DNA from: Ascoidea asiatica JCM 7603
Taxonomy: Eukaryota > Fungi > Ascomycota
Direction of reading: 5' to 3'
Length of the DNA: 64,000 bases
Assembly: GCA_001600695.1 (NCBI GenBank)
Contig: BCKQ01000007.1
Coordinates: 455,184 to 519,183, forward strand
Shown here: one piece after another, positions 44,701 through 56,269 of the stretch
Layout of the letters: the number at the start of each line of letters is the position of its first letter
Numbering within the stretch: position 1 is the first letter of the stretch
Program-made: the position numbers and the translations under genes
Notes under the pieces: model-generated
Told to the model about the DNA's origin: nothing
Seen by the model: the letters and a program-made list of their open reading frames with translations, nothing else
Database searches by the model: none

Positions 44701-47398
44701 CGAAAACATCACTAAATTGTTTAGATAAAAGATTTGAAGAGAGCTGAAATAATTCAATTATTAAACATATTGATTTATTTTTATTTCTTTGATCAGTACT
44801 ATTTACAGCAATATTCTCCAATCTTTTTGGTAACCCAGATTTAATCAAAATTGAAGTTAGCAATGCTGTATAATGATTAACTAAAGTTATTTGAGTATTT
44901 AAAGAGCTTGAAAGAGTTCCTTTTGTTAAACTTATATTTTTTTTATTTGGCTTATTTTTTATCATTTGTGGATTTTGTATTAAATTACCATTGTCAACAC
45001 TCATATCTATATCAATTGTTTTTATAAAAGGTAAAGGCTTTAAATTTAGTATATCTAATATTATATCCATTATTGAATCTCTTAAATGAACATTATTATA
45101 AATTAAACAACTTATTAATACTTTTATGGGTTCGAAATCATTATATGAAAATGCAATTAAACCTGGAAAAGTTTTCAAAAAACTTGCAATTATGAAAACA
45201 CTATTATTTAATTTATCAGTATTGAATTGAGTTTTATAAGTTAATAAATAAGTTAATAGATAATTTAAATCTCTACCATTTGATAGATATGCTCTATCTT
45301 TTGATAGATTTAAAACAGAAAGAATTGCAGAACCTGCGGTCGAAGTTAATTCAAAAGGTCCTTCAACTAAAATTTTCAATAAATATCTAAAACCCCTTGC
45401 TTCAAAAACCAAAGCAGGATTTAGAACAGATAATTCACACAAAGTTTCAATAGCAATTGTTCTTAGATCATCTTCATTATGATCACAAATTGAAATTATT
45501 GAACTTACAATTCCAACAGATAATTCAAAAGCTCCATTTTGAATTGAAAAATATTTTCTAATTAATTTTAAAGCTTGAATTCTTTCAATATTATTAAATG
45601 AGGAATTTTCTTCATTATTACATTTTGATAATGAAATAATTATAAAAAAATGAATTCTTAAAGAAATTATTAATCTTAGAGATTCTAAATCATTTATGAA
45701 ATATCTTGAGATTCTAAAACCAGTTGCAATAACTTCTTTTGATTTACTTAATAAAAAAGATTGAATTTTATGACCTAATTGACTAAAAACTAATTCTTTT
45801 GTAACTTCAGGATATTTTTTAAATATTATAATTAATTCATTTGATTTTTCAACAATAAGTTCTGGAGAAGAAGATTTTTCTGAAATTGAAGATAAAATAT
45901 CAGAAATTAATACAGTTGGACTTGAGAAATCTCTTGAATTATCTATTGAGTTTTCATTATCTGTTGGACTTATTGAACTGTGATTATCAATATCATTTAA
46001 TGGATCTTGAGAATTTTGAAATTCATTTATACTAAAATGATCATTACTTGTATTTAAATTAAAGTTTGAATTTGAATTAATATATGTATTTGTATTCATA
46101 TTTGTATTCGAATTTGAATTTGTAATTGTCATGGTATTTGAATTTGAATTTGAATTTGAATTTATATTTACATTTGAATTTGAATTTGAATTTGAATTTG
46201 AATTTGAGTTTGAATTTAAAATTGAAATTGAATTAAGATTAGGAGTTGAAATATGATGAGAATTAAAATTTAATAAAGATTTAGAATAATTTGGATTAAA
46301 ATCAATTGGACTTATTGGAAAATTTAATAAACTTTGAGTTGGAGGTTTTAAAGAAATTGGAGGATAAATAAATGAATTTTTATTATTATTATTAATATTA
46401 TTATCTTGTTGAATTTTCATTCTTTTTACAGCTTCAATTTTTCTTTCAATATTTATAATATTTCTATTTATATCATCTAATTGATTATTTGCATTTATCC
46501 TTCTTTCTATTAGAATATTATCATTATTAGAAACTTTTTTATTATCATGGTTGTCATGATAATCATGATATTCATGATCATCAAATTTTGTATTACTATA
46601 ATCTATATCATTTGAACTTTCATTACTATCTGAATCAATATGAGGTTGAATTTGAGATTGAGATTCTAATTGAGGTTTTGATTTTGATTTCGATTTTGAC
46701 TTTGATCTTGTTTTTATTTTTGATTTTATTGAAGTTTTAATTTCAGATTCAATTGCTTGTAAGAATTTTTCAGTACCATCTCTTAATTTTTTTTGTTTTT
46801 CTAATTTTTCAGATAATTCATTTAAATCATTATATGAAAACGAAGTTTTATTTTGTTTTATATTATTGGAAGGAAATTGATTACTTGTAGAACTTAGAAT
46901 AGATTGACTTAAATTTGGAGATTGAAATTGTATCGGTATATTATTATTGTTAGATTTATTATTATTTGATGGATTATTATTGGATAAAGGTTGTAAAAGT
47001 TTTGAGGAAGCTAATGGAGGAGGTTGTTGAAATATTGGAGTTGATTGATGATCATTATTATTTTGATGAAAAGTTTTGAAAGATTTATTTGAATTTGAAT
47101 TAGAATTTCTTTTTGAATAAGTTGAATTTATTGGAGGTAATAAAGTTGGAGTTTCTTCTAAAGTGTAAATATCCGAATTTAACTGATTTGCAATTTGAGT
47201 ATCAATTGTCAAACTTTGAGGTAGTTTAAAATCATTATCAGTGAATGTTTTACTATTGAAATTATTATTAATATTATTATTATTATTATTATCATAAATG
47301 CTTTTCATATCTTGATTATATCGCTGCTGAGATTTTTCAATGTTATTATAATTTGATGCATTGTCGCTTATATTATCTTTATTATTATTATTCATCAT
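41798..47398 (-). CDS. TSC11: TORC2 subunit Tsc11/Avo3 (Rictor)
   Basis: 1866 aa; HR1-like segment, ERIQALKLIR, TKFIKRLMSF.RPFKKRFS, LPQIAECLAQVDP, LPHHFFGELVKT.EG, LKGSLWAIGHI. Confidence 0.93.
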   Translation of the reverse strand: MMNNNNKDNISDNASNYNNIEKSQQRYNQDMKSIYDNNNNNNINNNFNSKTFTDNDFKLPQSLTIDTQIANQLNSDIYTLEETPTLLPPINSTYSKRNSNSNSNKSFKTFHQNNNDHQSTPIFQQPPPLASSKLLQPLSNNNPSNNNKSNNNNIPIQFQSPNLSQSILSSTSNQFPSNNIKQNKTSFSYNDLNELSEKLEKQKKLRDGTEKFLQAIESEIKTSIKSKIKTRSKSKSKSKSKPQLESQSQIQPHIDSDSNESSNDIDYSNTKFDDHEYHDYHDNHDNKKVSNNDNILIERRINANNQLDDINRNIINIERKIEAVKRMKIQQDNNINNNNKNSFIYPPISLKPPTQSLLNFPISPIDFNPNYSKSLLNFNSHHISTPNLNSISILNSNSNSNSNSNSNSNVNINSNSNSNSNTMTITNSNSNTNMNTNTYINSNSNFNLNTSNDHFSINEFQNSQDPLNDIDNHSSISPTDNENSIDNSRDFSSPTVLISDILSSISEKSSSPELIVEKSNELIIIFKKYPEVTKELVFSQLGHKIQSFLLSKSKEVIATGFRISRYFINDLESLRLIISLRIHFFIIISLSKCNNEENSSFNNIERIQALKLIRKYFSIQNGAFELSVGIVSSIISICDHNEDDLRTIAIETLCELSVLNPALVFEARGFRYLLKILVEGPFELTSTAGSAILSVLNLSKDRAYLSNGRDLNYLLTYLLTYKTQFNTDKLNNSVFIIASFLKTFPGLIAFSYNDFEPIKVLISCLIYNNVHLRDSIMDIILDILNLKPLPFIKTIDIDMSVDNGNLIQNPQMIKNKPNKKNISLTKGTLSSSLNTQITLVNHYTALLTSILIKSGLPKRLENIAVNSTDQRNKNKSICLIIELFQLSSNLLSKQFSDVFEELPNLIINNDYQAMKTSRNFLDYQLAPFSTAFQIDSYSKKYGKDRTTYNIPPILLNSLNKFNKDLIMKMSSNIDDQQFKQLIYDSNVLSTKNYEVWKIDIIIDLANGALTNPKKLEEAIKTTKFIKRLMSFLRPFKKRFSSIKKGKDTEKYIDAGCALFKMFLSTAVGLKYLEDNKVLPQIAECLAQVDPYSNITANDPIFSKKNIAKSLSGGYFRMLGVLSSDHKGIELLSKWKIFSILYHITEQRGREDLILAFLPEFDYSKQGHLRIIFSKALCSCDTAVRLFCTNFLRDLLRIPSCSKWAVDLLISQLFDKDLEVCNEAVQILDSYCETPENMYEVVKYKPSLDQLGMIGAPLLLRFLSTSIGFSYLSEFDLIEGEMDDWLNKRNELYALDIENLLYEIYSPFQLFRINKVYKSRKITHTNFGPNRYINKNIQGDEDDAQLFEDYNEFFQAKKLPHHFFGELVKTNEGIDLLLKTSYFQSFIDTIERFATEKRDSNKILRLKGSLWAIGHIASSPLAIELVDESGVIPIIVNICRCSEVWSLKGVAYFVLGLISSTVEGFECLDECNWEVTFDILNRPIGICLPKNLSEYFDVDIIEARYSNNNKKQKVLQSMKMEDFDDISDHESEANKKKQSEKRKSQFNRNSSFKSYENELDSEITDDENKYGDLDELNESDKISQVNITDEEGSAGAITDVDDFISDEDVININDSALQPGILPEIGTNIHSSEPELLDKSKKLYDDNNICSPLESSNHDFAIEFSDDENTHKDYSALNEKEHFDENTDTGFNIVFNSDFTKNTENNDNNDDNDDNENNDNDSNNDYYNDNTNDLEENMNNNRDCEMDEKVPVYYDTNSSNMLTNDPLVKKILQAITYLSVPMQMNQGFKMLAVLNNKYKEKFDQVNTFSGAMYLLETSKYKASTRKYIVELFSSSKALETLLRKDRRRSRVEKDRKLSGHSRVILEI

Positions 47399-48480
47399 TG
47401 AAATTGTGATTATCCTATAGATTGAATAATGTTATAGCTATTACAAGTTTAATTTTTCTTTTTTGATATCTATCTAAAATCGATTATTTTGATAATATTT
47501 GAACCAGTCTATATATTTATTTTCATTTCAAAGATTATTCTGTAATTCTTTTCTTGTTCTTTAAATGGTAAATGTTTAATTCTTATTTTAATTTCTGGAG
47601 TTATTTTAGGTCTTCAGAATCACAAGCTTCAAGTTTCGATAATAATTCATAAAACTTCAATAATCATGGTTTTTAAATCAAAATCAATGTCAAAACCAAA
47701 CCAAAGCCAAAGCCAAGCTTCAAGCATCTAAAATTTAGTTTCAGGCCTCCAAAACGTCAACGTTCCTGATTCAGTCAAGTACCATTGAACTGGTTCTTTA
47801 AAGATATCCATATTAGTCCGGAATTGTTTGAAGCGGATAAAAATATGGATTTTTTAAAAACCTACTAAAGTATATCCATGCTTAAGGAAAAAAGCGGAAT
47901 TAGGATTATCCGTAATTATGTGCTATTAGACAGCTAAAAGTCTGTTTATGTTACTTTCTGTATTGTATGCATGTTTTACACGGGACTTTGTTTTTGTGCG
48001 CATTTTTGATAATTTTGCGCTGGGTCTAACACAGGCAAGTGTTCTTACGTAATACTCGCTGCTCTGCTTAGTCACTCATTTGCAAGCAAATAAACAACAA
48101 ACAAAACAAACCTCCTTGAAATTTGATATCCAATATTATCCAATATAATCCATTATCTAATATATTATCTATCTTCAATATATATATCAATAAATAAAGC
48201 AAAACCAAAGCAAGAGGTAATATATTTTCTTAAATTAAGGTGATTGCAGTTACAATAGACATTTTAGTGATTCCAATTAGAAAAGTGAATGTTTAAAAGC
48301 AAAGAGTTCTCATTTTGCACGTTAATCTTCAACAATTTCATCTCCATAATTTCAAATATTACGGTTTATTATATAATCAAAAACCAAAAAATTAAATAAT
48401 TGCTGACTAACTAAATTTCAAATTCCATTTTATTATTTTAGTAAATCACTTCGCATAGATCATCTCAAAATAATTTAAAA

Positions 48481-49629
48481 ATGGATGATATAGATCCAAG
48501 ATTTAACGTTGTTAATGATAATGATAATGATGGCAATGGTAATGGCAATAATAATAATCTTTCTGAAAATGTGAATGTTAATATCGATGGTCATAGTAAT
48601 CAATCTAATATAAATAGTCCAAATAACCTTAGTAATGAAGGTAATAATTCCAACAATGATTCTAATAACAACAATGAACCTGGTTTGAATAATATACAAG
48701 TGGATGAAAGTACATTTGCTGATGTTGCTGCTGTTGCTGTTGCCGTTGCTGCAAATTCTGTTCAAAACGATCAAAATACTCAAAGTAATAATAACATCGA
48801 CAACAATATTACTGATAATATTGATAATGAAAATGTTTTAACTAATAATGAACTTGATGAGAATGACTTAAATAATGCAATTAATAGTATCAATAATAAT
48901 AGAAATAATCAAATTAATGAAACTAATAATGATAATAATAATCAAATTAATGATAATAAAATCATAAAATCTTCAAATTCAAAAATTGCTAAACCTCAAA
49001 AGAAGAAAATTGATAAAGTCAAAAATTATATTGAGCAAAATTTAGTTAATCATATACAACATCAAATTGAAATTCAAAATCAAAACCAAAATCAAATTCA
49101 GAATGAAAATGAAAATGAGAATGAAAATGAAAATCAAGTTCATGACGAAAATCAAAATCGAGACTCCAATCAAGATTCCAATCAAGATTCAAATACCCAA
49201 AAAAACAATCCAGATAATCAACAACTAGTTTTATCAACAATCAATGATGACAATGATAATAGTAATGATAATGATAAAACCACTTTAAAAGATAATGAAT
49301 TGCAATTACAAATTTCAAATAGAAATAATAATTCCTCTTTAGAACAACATTTTAATCAAATTACTCAAATTAATGATATTAATCAAATTTTTAAACCTTT
49401 AAATCCAACAAAAAGAGCTGCTCAAAATAGAAATGCTCAAAGAGCTTTTAGAAAAAGAAAAGAACAATATATTAAAGATCTTGAAGCTCAAGTAAGTAAA
49501 GTAAAATCTTTAGAAGAAGAAATTGATTATTTAAAAAAGGAAAATCAACAATTGAGAGATTATACTTTAGCTTTGCAATCTAAATTAATTAATGATATTA
49601 ATCCTCCTTCAATAAAATTAGATAAATAA
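48481..49629 (+). CDS. Yap-type bZIP transcription factor, KapC-like
   Basis: C-terminal PLNPTKRAAQNRNAQRAFRKRKE...ENQQLRDYTLALQSKL; Asn/Gln-rich N-terminus. Confidence 0.85.
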   Translation: MDDIDPRFNVVNDNDNDGNGNGNNNNLSENVNVNIDGHSNQSNINSPNNLSNEGNNSNNDSNNNNEPGLNNIQVDESTFADVAAVAVAVAANSVQNDQNTQSNNNIDNNITDNIDNENVLTNNELDENDLNNAINSINNNRNNQINETNNDNNNQINDNKIIKSSNSKIAKPQKKKIDKVKNYIEQNLVNHIQHQIEIQNQNQNQIQNENENENENENQVHDENQNRDSNQDSNQDSNTQKNNPDNQQLVLSTINDDNDNSNDNDKTTLKDNELQLQISNRNNNSSLEQHFNQITQINDINQIFKPLNPTKRAAQNRNAQRAFRKRKEQYIKDLEAQVSKVKSLEEEIDYLKKENQQLRDYTLALQSKLINDINPPSIKLDK

Positions 49630-50123
49630 TCAAAGTTTATCCATACTCTTCTATATCTATCCATATATACAGTATATGTTGTGTATCTTATTTTTACTTA
49701 TTTTCACTTATGTCATCTGAATTTTCTCTATTTTTTTCTTGATTTTTTTTTTCCTTATTTCTTTCTTTTCTTCTTTTCGTATTTGTTATTATTTTTTAAT
49801 ATTATGACAGTTTTAGATTATTGATATCTATTTTTATTTGTAATAAAAATATTATTTGTAAAAGAAAATAAAATGTATTATATAACTGCAATTTTCTCAA
49901 TTCAGTCCAAAAAACCACAAAATATAAATAATTAAGTAAATAAATAAATAAAGAAAAAGCTCAAAATGATTCAAATTTAAATGAAAGATAAAGTCTAAAA
50001 AAAAAAAGTGATTAGAGAACGTAATGAATGAAACTTATATAATAACAAATGTATAATGAAAAACGGGTAAAAAAAATGTATATAAGAGAAGTTTGAAAAA
50101 AAAAAAACTTGTATAAAATACAA

Positions 50124-53100
50124 TTAGTGTAGATTTCTACTTTCCCACGATAATACTCCTAAATGGTTTGATGATTCAGTTATATGCAATCTCTCTTGAT
50201 CACCTTTATCGATACCTGCTCCACCTGTAATTGATCTAACAATTCTTAACTTTTCTTCTTCATTTTGATCATCAAAATTAGTTTTTTCTCTTTTATATTC
50301 CGGCACATTTGGTGAATGGCCGACGGACATTCCAACTTTTACTAATGTTTCAATTTGAAGTTTTGAGTTATCAAGTAAATCTTCATCAAATTTCATAACA
50401 TTTTCATTGAATATTGTTAAAATCGTTGATCCTCCAAATTTAAAATATCCAATTTCATCTCCTCTTTTAATTTCATCATTTTCATTTACAGTTAAAACTG
50501 TTGAGCCGACCATCATTGCTCCAACACAAATAAAAATAATAGTGCCAAACTCTTTAGTCTTTATAGGTATTATGACTCTAACATTTTCCCCATAAACATC
50601 TAACTCACTTCTAATTGCCATTGGATTAACAGTATAATATTCACCTTCGATATGTTCAGGTTTTCCAATTATTCCACTTACAGGTGAATGAAATCTATGA
50701 TAATCTTGTGGTGCTAATCTTAATATACATAGAGAACAATTATTAAAATTATTATCGGATTTCTTATTTATTTTATTCCAGTTTTTTAGAACATCAGTAT
50801 GTTTACCTGCCATTAATTTTTGAATTGAAAAATCTTTCCCTTTTATCCATAATTCTTGAGCAGAGTTTATCGATTCAAATGCTGATAATCTACAATCTGC
50901 ACCAGAAACAACTATATTATCATTATCACCTTCAATCTTTCTTGCATTTGGTTTTAATTTTCTATAAAAGAATTCATTAAATGTTCTATAATTTTCAATA
51001 CCTTCTAAAAGACATTCACTCAAATCTAAATGATGAAATTTAATAAAGCTGGGAATATCTTTAGCAGATTTTAAACTATCATTTTTCTTACCTTGTTTTA
51101 AAGACATTTTTTTTAGAGTTTTTTGTACAGCTTTTTTTTGAACATTACCTTTATATAATAACCTCATTCCCAATCTAACGTAAACTGACATTTTTTCTTC
51201 TAAAATTATACCCGAATTTCTATCTTGAACTAATATATTTGCATTATTACTTCCCAAAGCATATTTACCAAAACTTACTTTAATAAATGCTCTACTGTAC
51301 CATCTTTTAGAAGCAAAACTTGGTGATACATAAGAAGCAGTTAATAATCTATCAACGGACCCAAAATCTTTTGATAAACAAATTGCAACATGAGTTACCG
51401 TATCAATATCAGATAAACTTGATAAATTATCCTGGCCACAAAATGGACAATTTTCTAATTTGATTAAAGTTTTTTTAGAAATTTGTCGAATTAATTCATC
51501 TAAAGTTCCATTGTAAATATTGTCAGAACTATTTCCTGAATTATTTTCAGAATTATTTCTTGAATTATTTGAGTTCTCACTTGAATTACTCAAACTAACA
51601 TTACTATTATTTTCATTTTTATTAAAAAGATTATTGATATTATTACTATTATCACTATTATTCTTGAAGTCTGGGACAGGTAATGATATTTCATTAGTGA
51701 TTAAAGTTTTATTAAATTTTTTATTTAGTTTATATTTGAATATATCTTCTAAAAAAAATATAACTTGATCAATAGTTAAAGAATTTTCATCATTTGATAC
51801 TTGACTATTAGAAATTTTTTTATTAAATTTTAAGGATGAATAATTAATTAGATTGGAAATTGAAATTGAAGAGCCTAAAGAATCTAAAGCAGCTAATAAT
51901 TCTAAAATTGAAAATTTTTGATCATCATTAAAATCAAATTGTTTTAAAATTTGATTCCAGAATAATAGTCTTAAATTTTCATAAGTGAAATATTTAATTT
52001 TGAAATTAATTTTTGATTTATATTTGTTTAAGTCTAATTTAGTTGAAGAGATAGTATGTAATAAATTTAAATTATAAGATTGAAATTGATTTTTTTTAGA
52101 ATATATTGAGTTTTGATAATTTTTAATAATTTCATTTAAAGATATTGAAGAAGTACCCACAGTATCATGTAAAGAAATATTATCTTTATCGAATACATCA
52201 AATTGTAAAATAAAATTTTTTTCATTTTCATAGATTTCAAAAGATAAAGTTTCATTGAAAGTTGGATTCAAATTATGTTTTTTGTGTTTTGTTTTAAAAG
52301 TTTTTTTACCAAAAGATAAAATCACAAATGGATCCATATCAAAACCAGTTTTAAGGAAGTTTTTTAAAGGAGGTAAATCAGTACATGAATCAATTTGAAT
52401 TATGATTGAACCTAAAATTTGTCTATTACTATTATTATTAATATTACTTGAAGTTTTTGAATTTTTAGAGATTTTCGAAGCTCTAGAAGCTTTAGATGAT
52501 TTTGAAGTCTTTGAATTTTTTGAAGATTTTGATGAACTACTTAAATTACTTGTATTACTTACATTCGATAAATTAGATATATTAGATACATTTGAAATAT
52601 TTGAAATATTGGATATATTACTTGAAGGGTTGATCATTAATTGTATAGGGTGATTATTAATATTGTTATTATTATTATTAATATTATTATTATTCGTATT
52701 GTTATTTTGAATATCCAAAGAGTTTTTTTTCTTTCTTTTTAAAGAGTTTGATTTTCTTAATTTATTTAAAGATAGAAAAGATTTTTTTGATTTGAATTGA
52801 TTGTTATTTAAGTAAGTATCATTAAGATCAGAGCCTATATTAGCATTAGCATTAGTATTGATATTACTATCATTATCAATGTCAATATCAATATCTGTAT
52901 CTGTATCATCCATTGATAAAACAGTTAATTGATTATTTAATTCTTTCAAAGTTGTATTATTCACATTTATTGAATTGAAAGAAGATATTGGAGATATTGG
53001 AATATGATTATTTTTATTGTTATTGCTATTGTTATTGTTATCGTTATTATTATTATTTTCTTCTTGAACAGTGTTGATAGTGATAGTTTTAGTTGATTCA

Positions 53101-54167
53101 GTGGTTAGAGAATTATTATTATTACTGAAATTACTTGTAGTGAAGTTAGTTATAAAATCAAAAGAATAAACGAAAAGATCATTAATTTTTAAAATTGAAT
53201 TAATCTGATTATTTAGAATTAATTGATTATTTGATTCATTATTTGCATAAAAAGATTTAAATTCAATAAAATTTTCTTTAATTTTATTTAAAGTGAAAAT
53301 ATAATCATTTAGAATAATTTTTTTTTTTAAACTTAAATTAAAATTAATTTTTAAAAAACCATTGATTTTTGAATTTAAATTAAATTTATTGTAAAATGCT
53401 AAAGAGGATATATATAATTTAAATAATTTTATATTTGAGATTATTGAATAATTAATTTTATCAAATTGATGAGAATTATTTGATTTATTAAATTGTTCAT
53501 CATTTTCATTAATATCATTAATATCATTTTCATTATTATCATTAGATTCATTAATTTTTTCAATTGAGTTAAAAATATTTAAAATATTTAATCTATATTC
53601 ACCTAAATAATTATCATTATTTAAATTATCATATAGAATGAAATATAATATTGGTAATTTTGGAGTACCATTATTATTCAAAAAGAATTCTAAGCTGATT
53701 TGAAAAGACTGTAATTTATTTTTTGAATTATTATTTAGATTATAATATATAAATGGACTCACTGAATTATCATTAAAATCGGAATAATAAATATATAATA
53801 CAGGGCCAATTGATTTTAATTTTGATATAGATTTTGGAATTGGTTTTGAATCAGAATTTGAATTCGAATTTGAATTCGAACTTGTCCTTTTCGATAAATT
53901 TGCAATTGATTTAACTTTTTTAATTGACTTTAATTTTGACTTCTTGGATACATTTGAAGTTGTAGAAGAGGTTGAAACTATTGAAGTTGGAGTTGTTGGA
54001 ACATTTAAACTGTTCTGGGGAGAATTATAAGCGTTAATATTGATACTATTAATGGTGTTGGTGGTAGTTGTTGTGGGTGTTGTCGTAGTTGTAGTTGATG
54101 AATGTGTGTTATTGACAATAACATCAACGATATCATGTACATTTATGGTAAGTACCAAATCTGACAT
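50124..54167 (-). CDS. PSD2: Phosphatidylserine decarboxylase 2
   Basis: C2 domain (GFDMDPFV...HNLNP.FNE), EF-hand-like segment, FNEFFYRKLKP, RLAPQDYHRFHSP, FKFGGST autocleavage motif. Confidence 0.95.
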   Translation of the reverse strand: MSDLVLTINVHDIVDVIVNNTHSSTTTTTTPTTTTTNTINSININAYNSPQNSLNVPTTPTSIVSTSSTTSNVSKKSKLKSIKKVKSIANLSKRTSSNSNSNSNSDSKPIPKSISKLKSIGPVLYIYYSDFNDNSVSPFIYYNLNNNSKNKLQSFQISLEFFLNNNGTPKLPILYFILYDNLNNDNYLGEYRLNILNIFNSIEKINESNDNNENDINDINENDEQFNKSNNSHQFDKINYSIISNIKLFKLYISSLAFYNKFNLNSKINGFLKINFNLSLKKKIILNDYIFTLNKIKENFIEFKSFYANNESNNQLILNNQINSILKINDLFVYSFDFITNFTTSNFSNNNNSLTTESTKTITINTVQEENNNNNDNNNNSNNNKNNHIPISPISSFNSINVNNTTLKELNNQLTVLSMDDTDTDIDIDIDNDSNINTNANANIGSDLNDTYLNNNQFKSKKSFLSLNKLRKSNSLKRKKKNSLDIQNNNTNNNNINNNNNNINNHPIQLMINPSSNISNISNISNVSNISNLSNVSNTSNLSSSSKSSKNSKTSKSSKASRASKISKNSKTSSNINNNSNRQILGSIIIQIDSCTDLPPLKNFLKTGFDMDPFVILSFGKKTFKTKHKKHNLNPTFNETLSFEIYENEKNFILQFDVFDKDNISLHDTVGTSSISLNEIIKNYQNSIYSKKNQFQSYNLNLLHTISSTKLDLNKYKSKINFKIKYFTYENLRLLFWNQILKQFDFNDDQKFSILELLAALDSLGSSISISNLINYSSLKFNKKISNSQVSNDENSLTIDQVIFFLEDIFKYKLNKKFNKTLITNEISLPVPDFKNNSDNSNNINNLFNKNENNSNVSLSNSSENSNNSRNNSENNSGNSSDNIYNGTLDELIRQISKKTLIKLENCPFCGQDNLSSLSDIDTVTHVAICLSKDFGSVDRLLTASYVSPSFASKRWYSRAFIKVSFGKYALGSNNANILVQDRNSGIILEEKMSVYVRLGMRLLYKGNVQKKAVQKTLKKMSLKQGKKNDSLKSAKDIPSFIKFHHLDLSECLLEGIENYRTFNEFFYRKLKPNARKIEGDNDNIVVSGADCRLSAFESINSAQELWIKGKDFSIQKLMAGKHTDVLKNWNKINKKSDNNFNNCSLCILRLAPQDYHRFHSPVSGIIGKPEHIEGEYYTVNPMAIRSELDVYGENVRVIIPIKTKEFGTIIFICVGAMMVGSTVLTVNENDEIKRGDEIGYFKFGGSTILTIFNENVMKFDEDLLDNSKLQIETLVKVGMSVGHSPNVPEYKREKTNFDDQNEEEKLRIVRSITGGAGIDKGDQERLHITESSNHLGVLSWESRNLH

Positions 54168-55151
54168 TTTGAGCCAGTTGAATAATTATAATGGAATATA
54201 ATCTGAGATAAAGATACATTCAAGTTGAATTGAACACAGAATAGACACCAATTGGGAAAAGAAATTGGAGGGAAAAAAGAAAGAATATAAATAATAAATC
54301 AGATCAATTCAAATCAAAGTAAATCAAAGCAAAAACTAGATAAAATTAAACCAGATCAAATATAAAGAAAGGTTTAAAAAAATTTAAAAAGAGTAGCAGT
54401 AACAATAATAATAGCACAGCAATAATAATCTGGTAACTTTACGTAGCAGCTGAAGTAAAAGTATAAGCCAACATGGCTGGCTGGGCTCGGCTGTCCCACT
54501 GGCAGTTTTTCCTTCTCGGTGGTCAAACAAATAATCATAATCACATGATGCAATTTAAAACCACTGAAATGGGTGTTATGTATTTGAAAGTATACAAAAA
54601 ACAGGAATACAGTAAAGTGCATACTACCATTTGTACGGTTGTAATGCATCCCGATGTATTTAATAAACCATTACACGTTTATATACCTTATTTCCATATT
54701 TGCGGATTTAATGTTGTTTGCAGTTTATTTTACAGTAACTGACAGCTATACACACTTACTAACATTAAAGTACACCAACTAGCATGTCCCCCAGTGCTGG
54801 TTTCTTAAAATTTTTTTTTCAGTTCTCAGAATTTGCAAATTGAAAAAAAGAAGCTTTAAATTATTTTATTTTAGTTGTTTTTGTTGTTTTTGTTATTGTT
54901 CTTAGAGATTGTTGACTTCACCAGATTATTAATCAAAGCTATTTATCTATCAAAGCTATTCATAGGATATATAATATTTAAATCAAAAGGTTTAACTATT
55001 CCTTAAGGTGATATTCCTTTCAGCGGTTTTCAACTAAAAAGATTCCATTCAACTGTTCTGCTCCTATTCCCAATTACCAATTTATCTTCAATATTTAATT
55101 TCAAATTCTTCACTCAATCAATTACTTTTATTATTTTCAAATATAAAAAAT

Positions 55152-56234
55152 ATGTTACAAATAGGAAAAAGACAGATTTCTGATTTGGATAATTCAAACA
55201 ATCACAAAAACTTTCCAAATAATATCAATAGTACTACTAATAATAATAGCAAAGATAATAGTAATTCTAATTCTATAAATATTACTGAAAATATAATGAA
55301 TAGTAATGATTTATGTTCAATTCCAAAAAAAAAAAGGTTATCAACTAATATATTAACAAATCAAATAAGCCTTGATGATTCAATTGATAAAAATTCAAAA
55401 GAATTTATATTCAATAATAAATTATATTCAAATTATATTAATCAAATTTTTACTCAATTTGACTTAAAAAATTATACTCCAATAAATGAATTAATAACAA
55501 AATTATCTTCAATTAATATTAATAAAATTTCAAATTTAAATTTATACTTAATTTTAAAACATTTGTCATTAAATATCTCAAAATTTGATAACTCAAATAT
55601 TTATATAAATAATTTAATTTTTAATATATTAAAATTATCTTCAATTTTAATTAAAAAAGATTTAGCTTTTATAAATAAAATTTTTATAAACTTTTTAATA
55701 ATTTTATTAACTTCATTACCAAAATGGTTTAATGAAGTTTTAAATTTTCTTATTTTAGATTTTAAAAAATTTAATTATTCAAATTTACTAAATATTCATC
55801 ATATTTTAATTAATTATATTTTAAAAATTATGCCATTACAAATCTTGAATTTGAATAAAATTATTATAAGAAACTTTCCAAATTTAAAATATTTATCACT
55901 TGATAAAAATTCTCTAAATCAAGTTTTAAATTATTTATCAAATTTATTTTATATATTGAATAATAATATAGATTTATCTCTACAAATTTACACAATCATT
56001 TTTCAACAATTAATTCATCTAGATTTAGAATTAACTAATTATTTAGATTCAAATGAAGATTTTGATATGGATGATCAAGATATCGATCAAGATATTGACG
56101 AAAAAGACATTGAACAGGACATTGATCAAGAAAAGGATCAAGAACAAATGGATGATGCGGTTGATAATCTTAATAATGAAACCAAAACTGTCAGATTTGA
56201 TCTAAATAAAGACAAAAACGATGCTAACGAGGAC

Positions 56235-56269
<35 letters not shown>

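Noticed and set aside
46100-46220. (TTTGAA)n, poly-Asn and poly-Asp tracts in TSC11, PSD2 and RRN3
   Set aside because: Ordinary coding low-complexity expansions, pervasive in this genome
48210-48460. Possible 5'UTR intron of the bZIP gene (GACTAAC...TAG)
   Set aside because: Branch-like motif present but no convincing canonical donor; needs RNA data
4206-52653. Many 60-100 aa ORFs antisense to or overlapping real genes or tRNAs (e.g. 4206, 7337, 9112, 10909, 14036, 43668, 51520, 52402)
   Set aside because: Shadow ORFs of AT-rich or low-complexity coding strands, with no motifs
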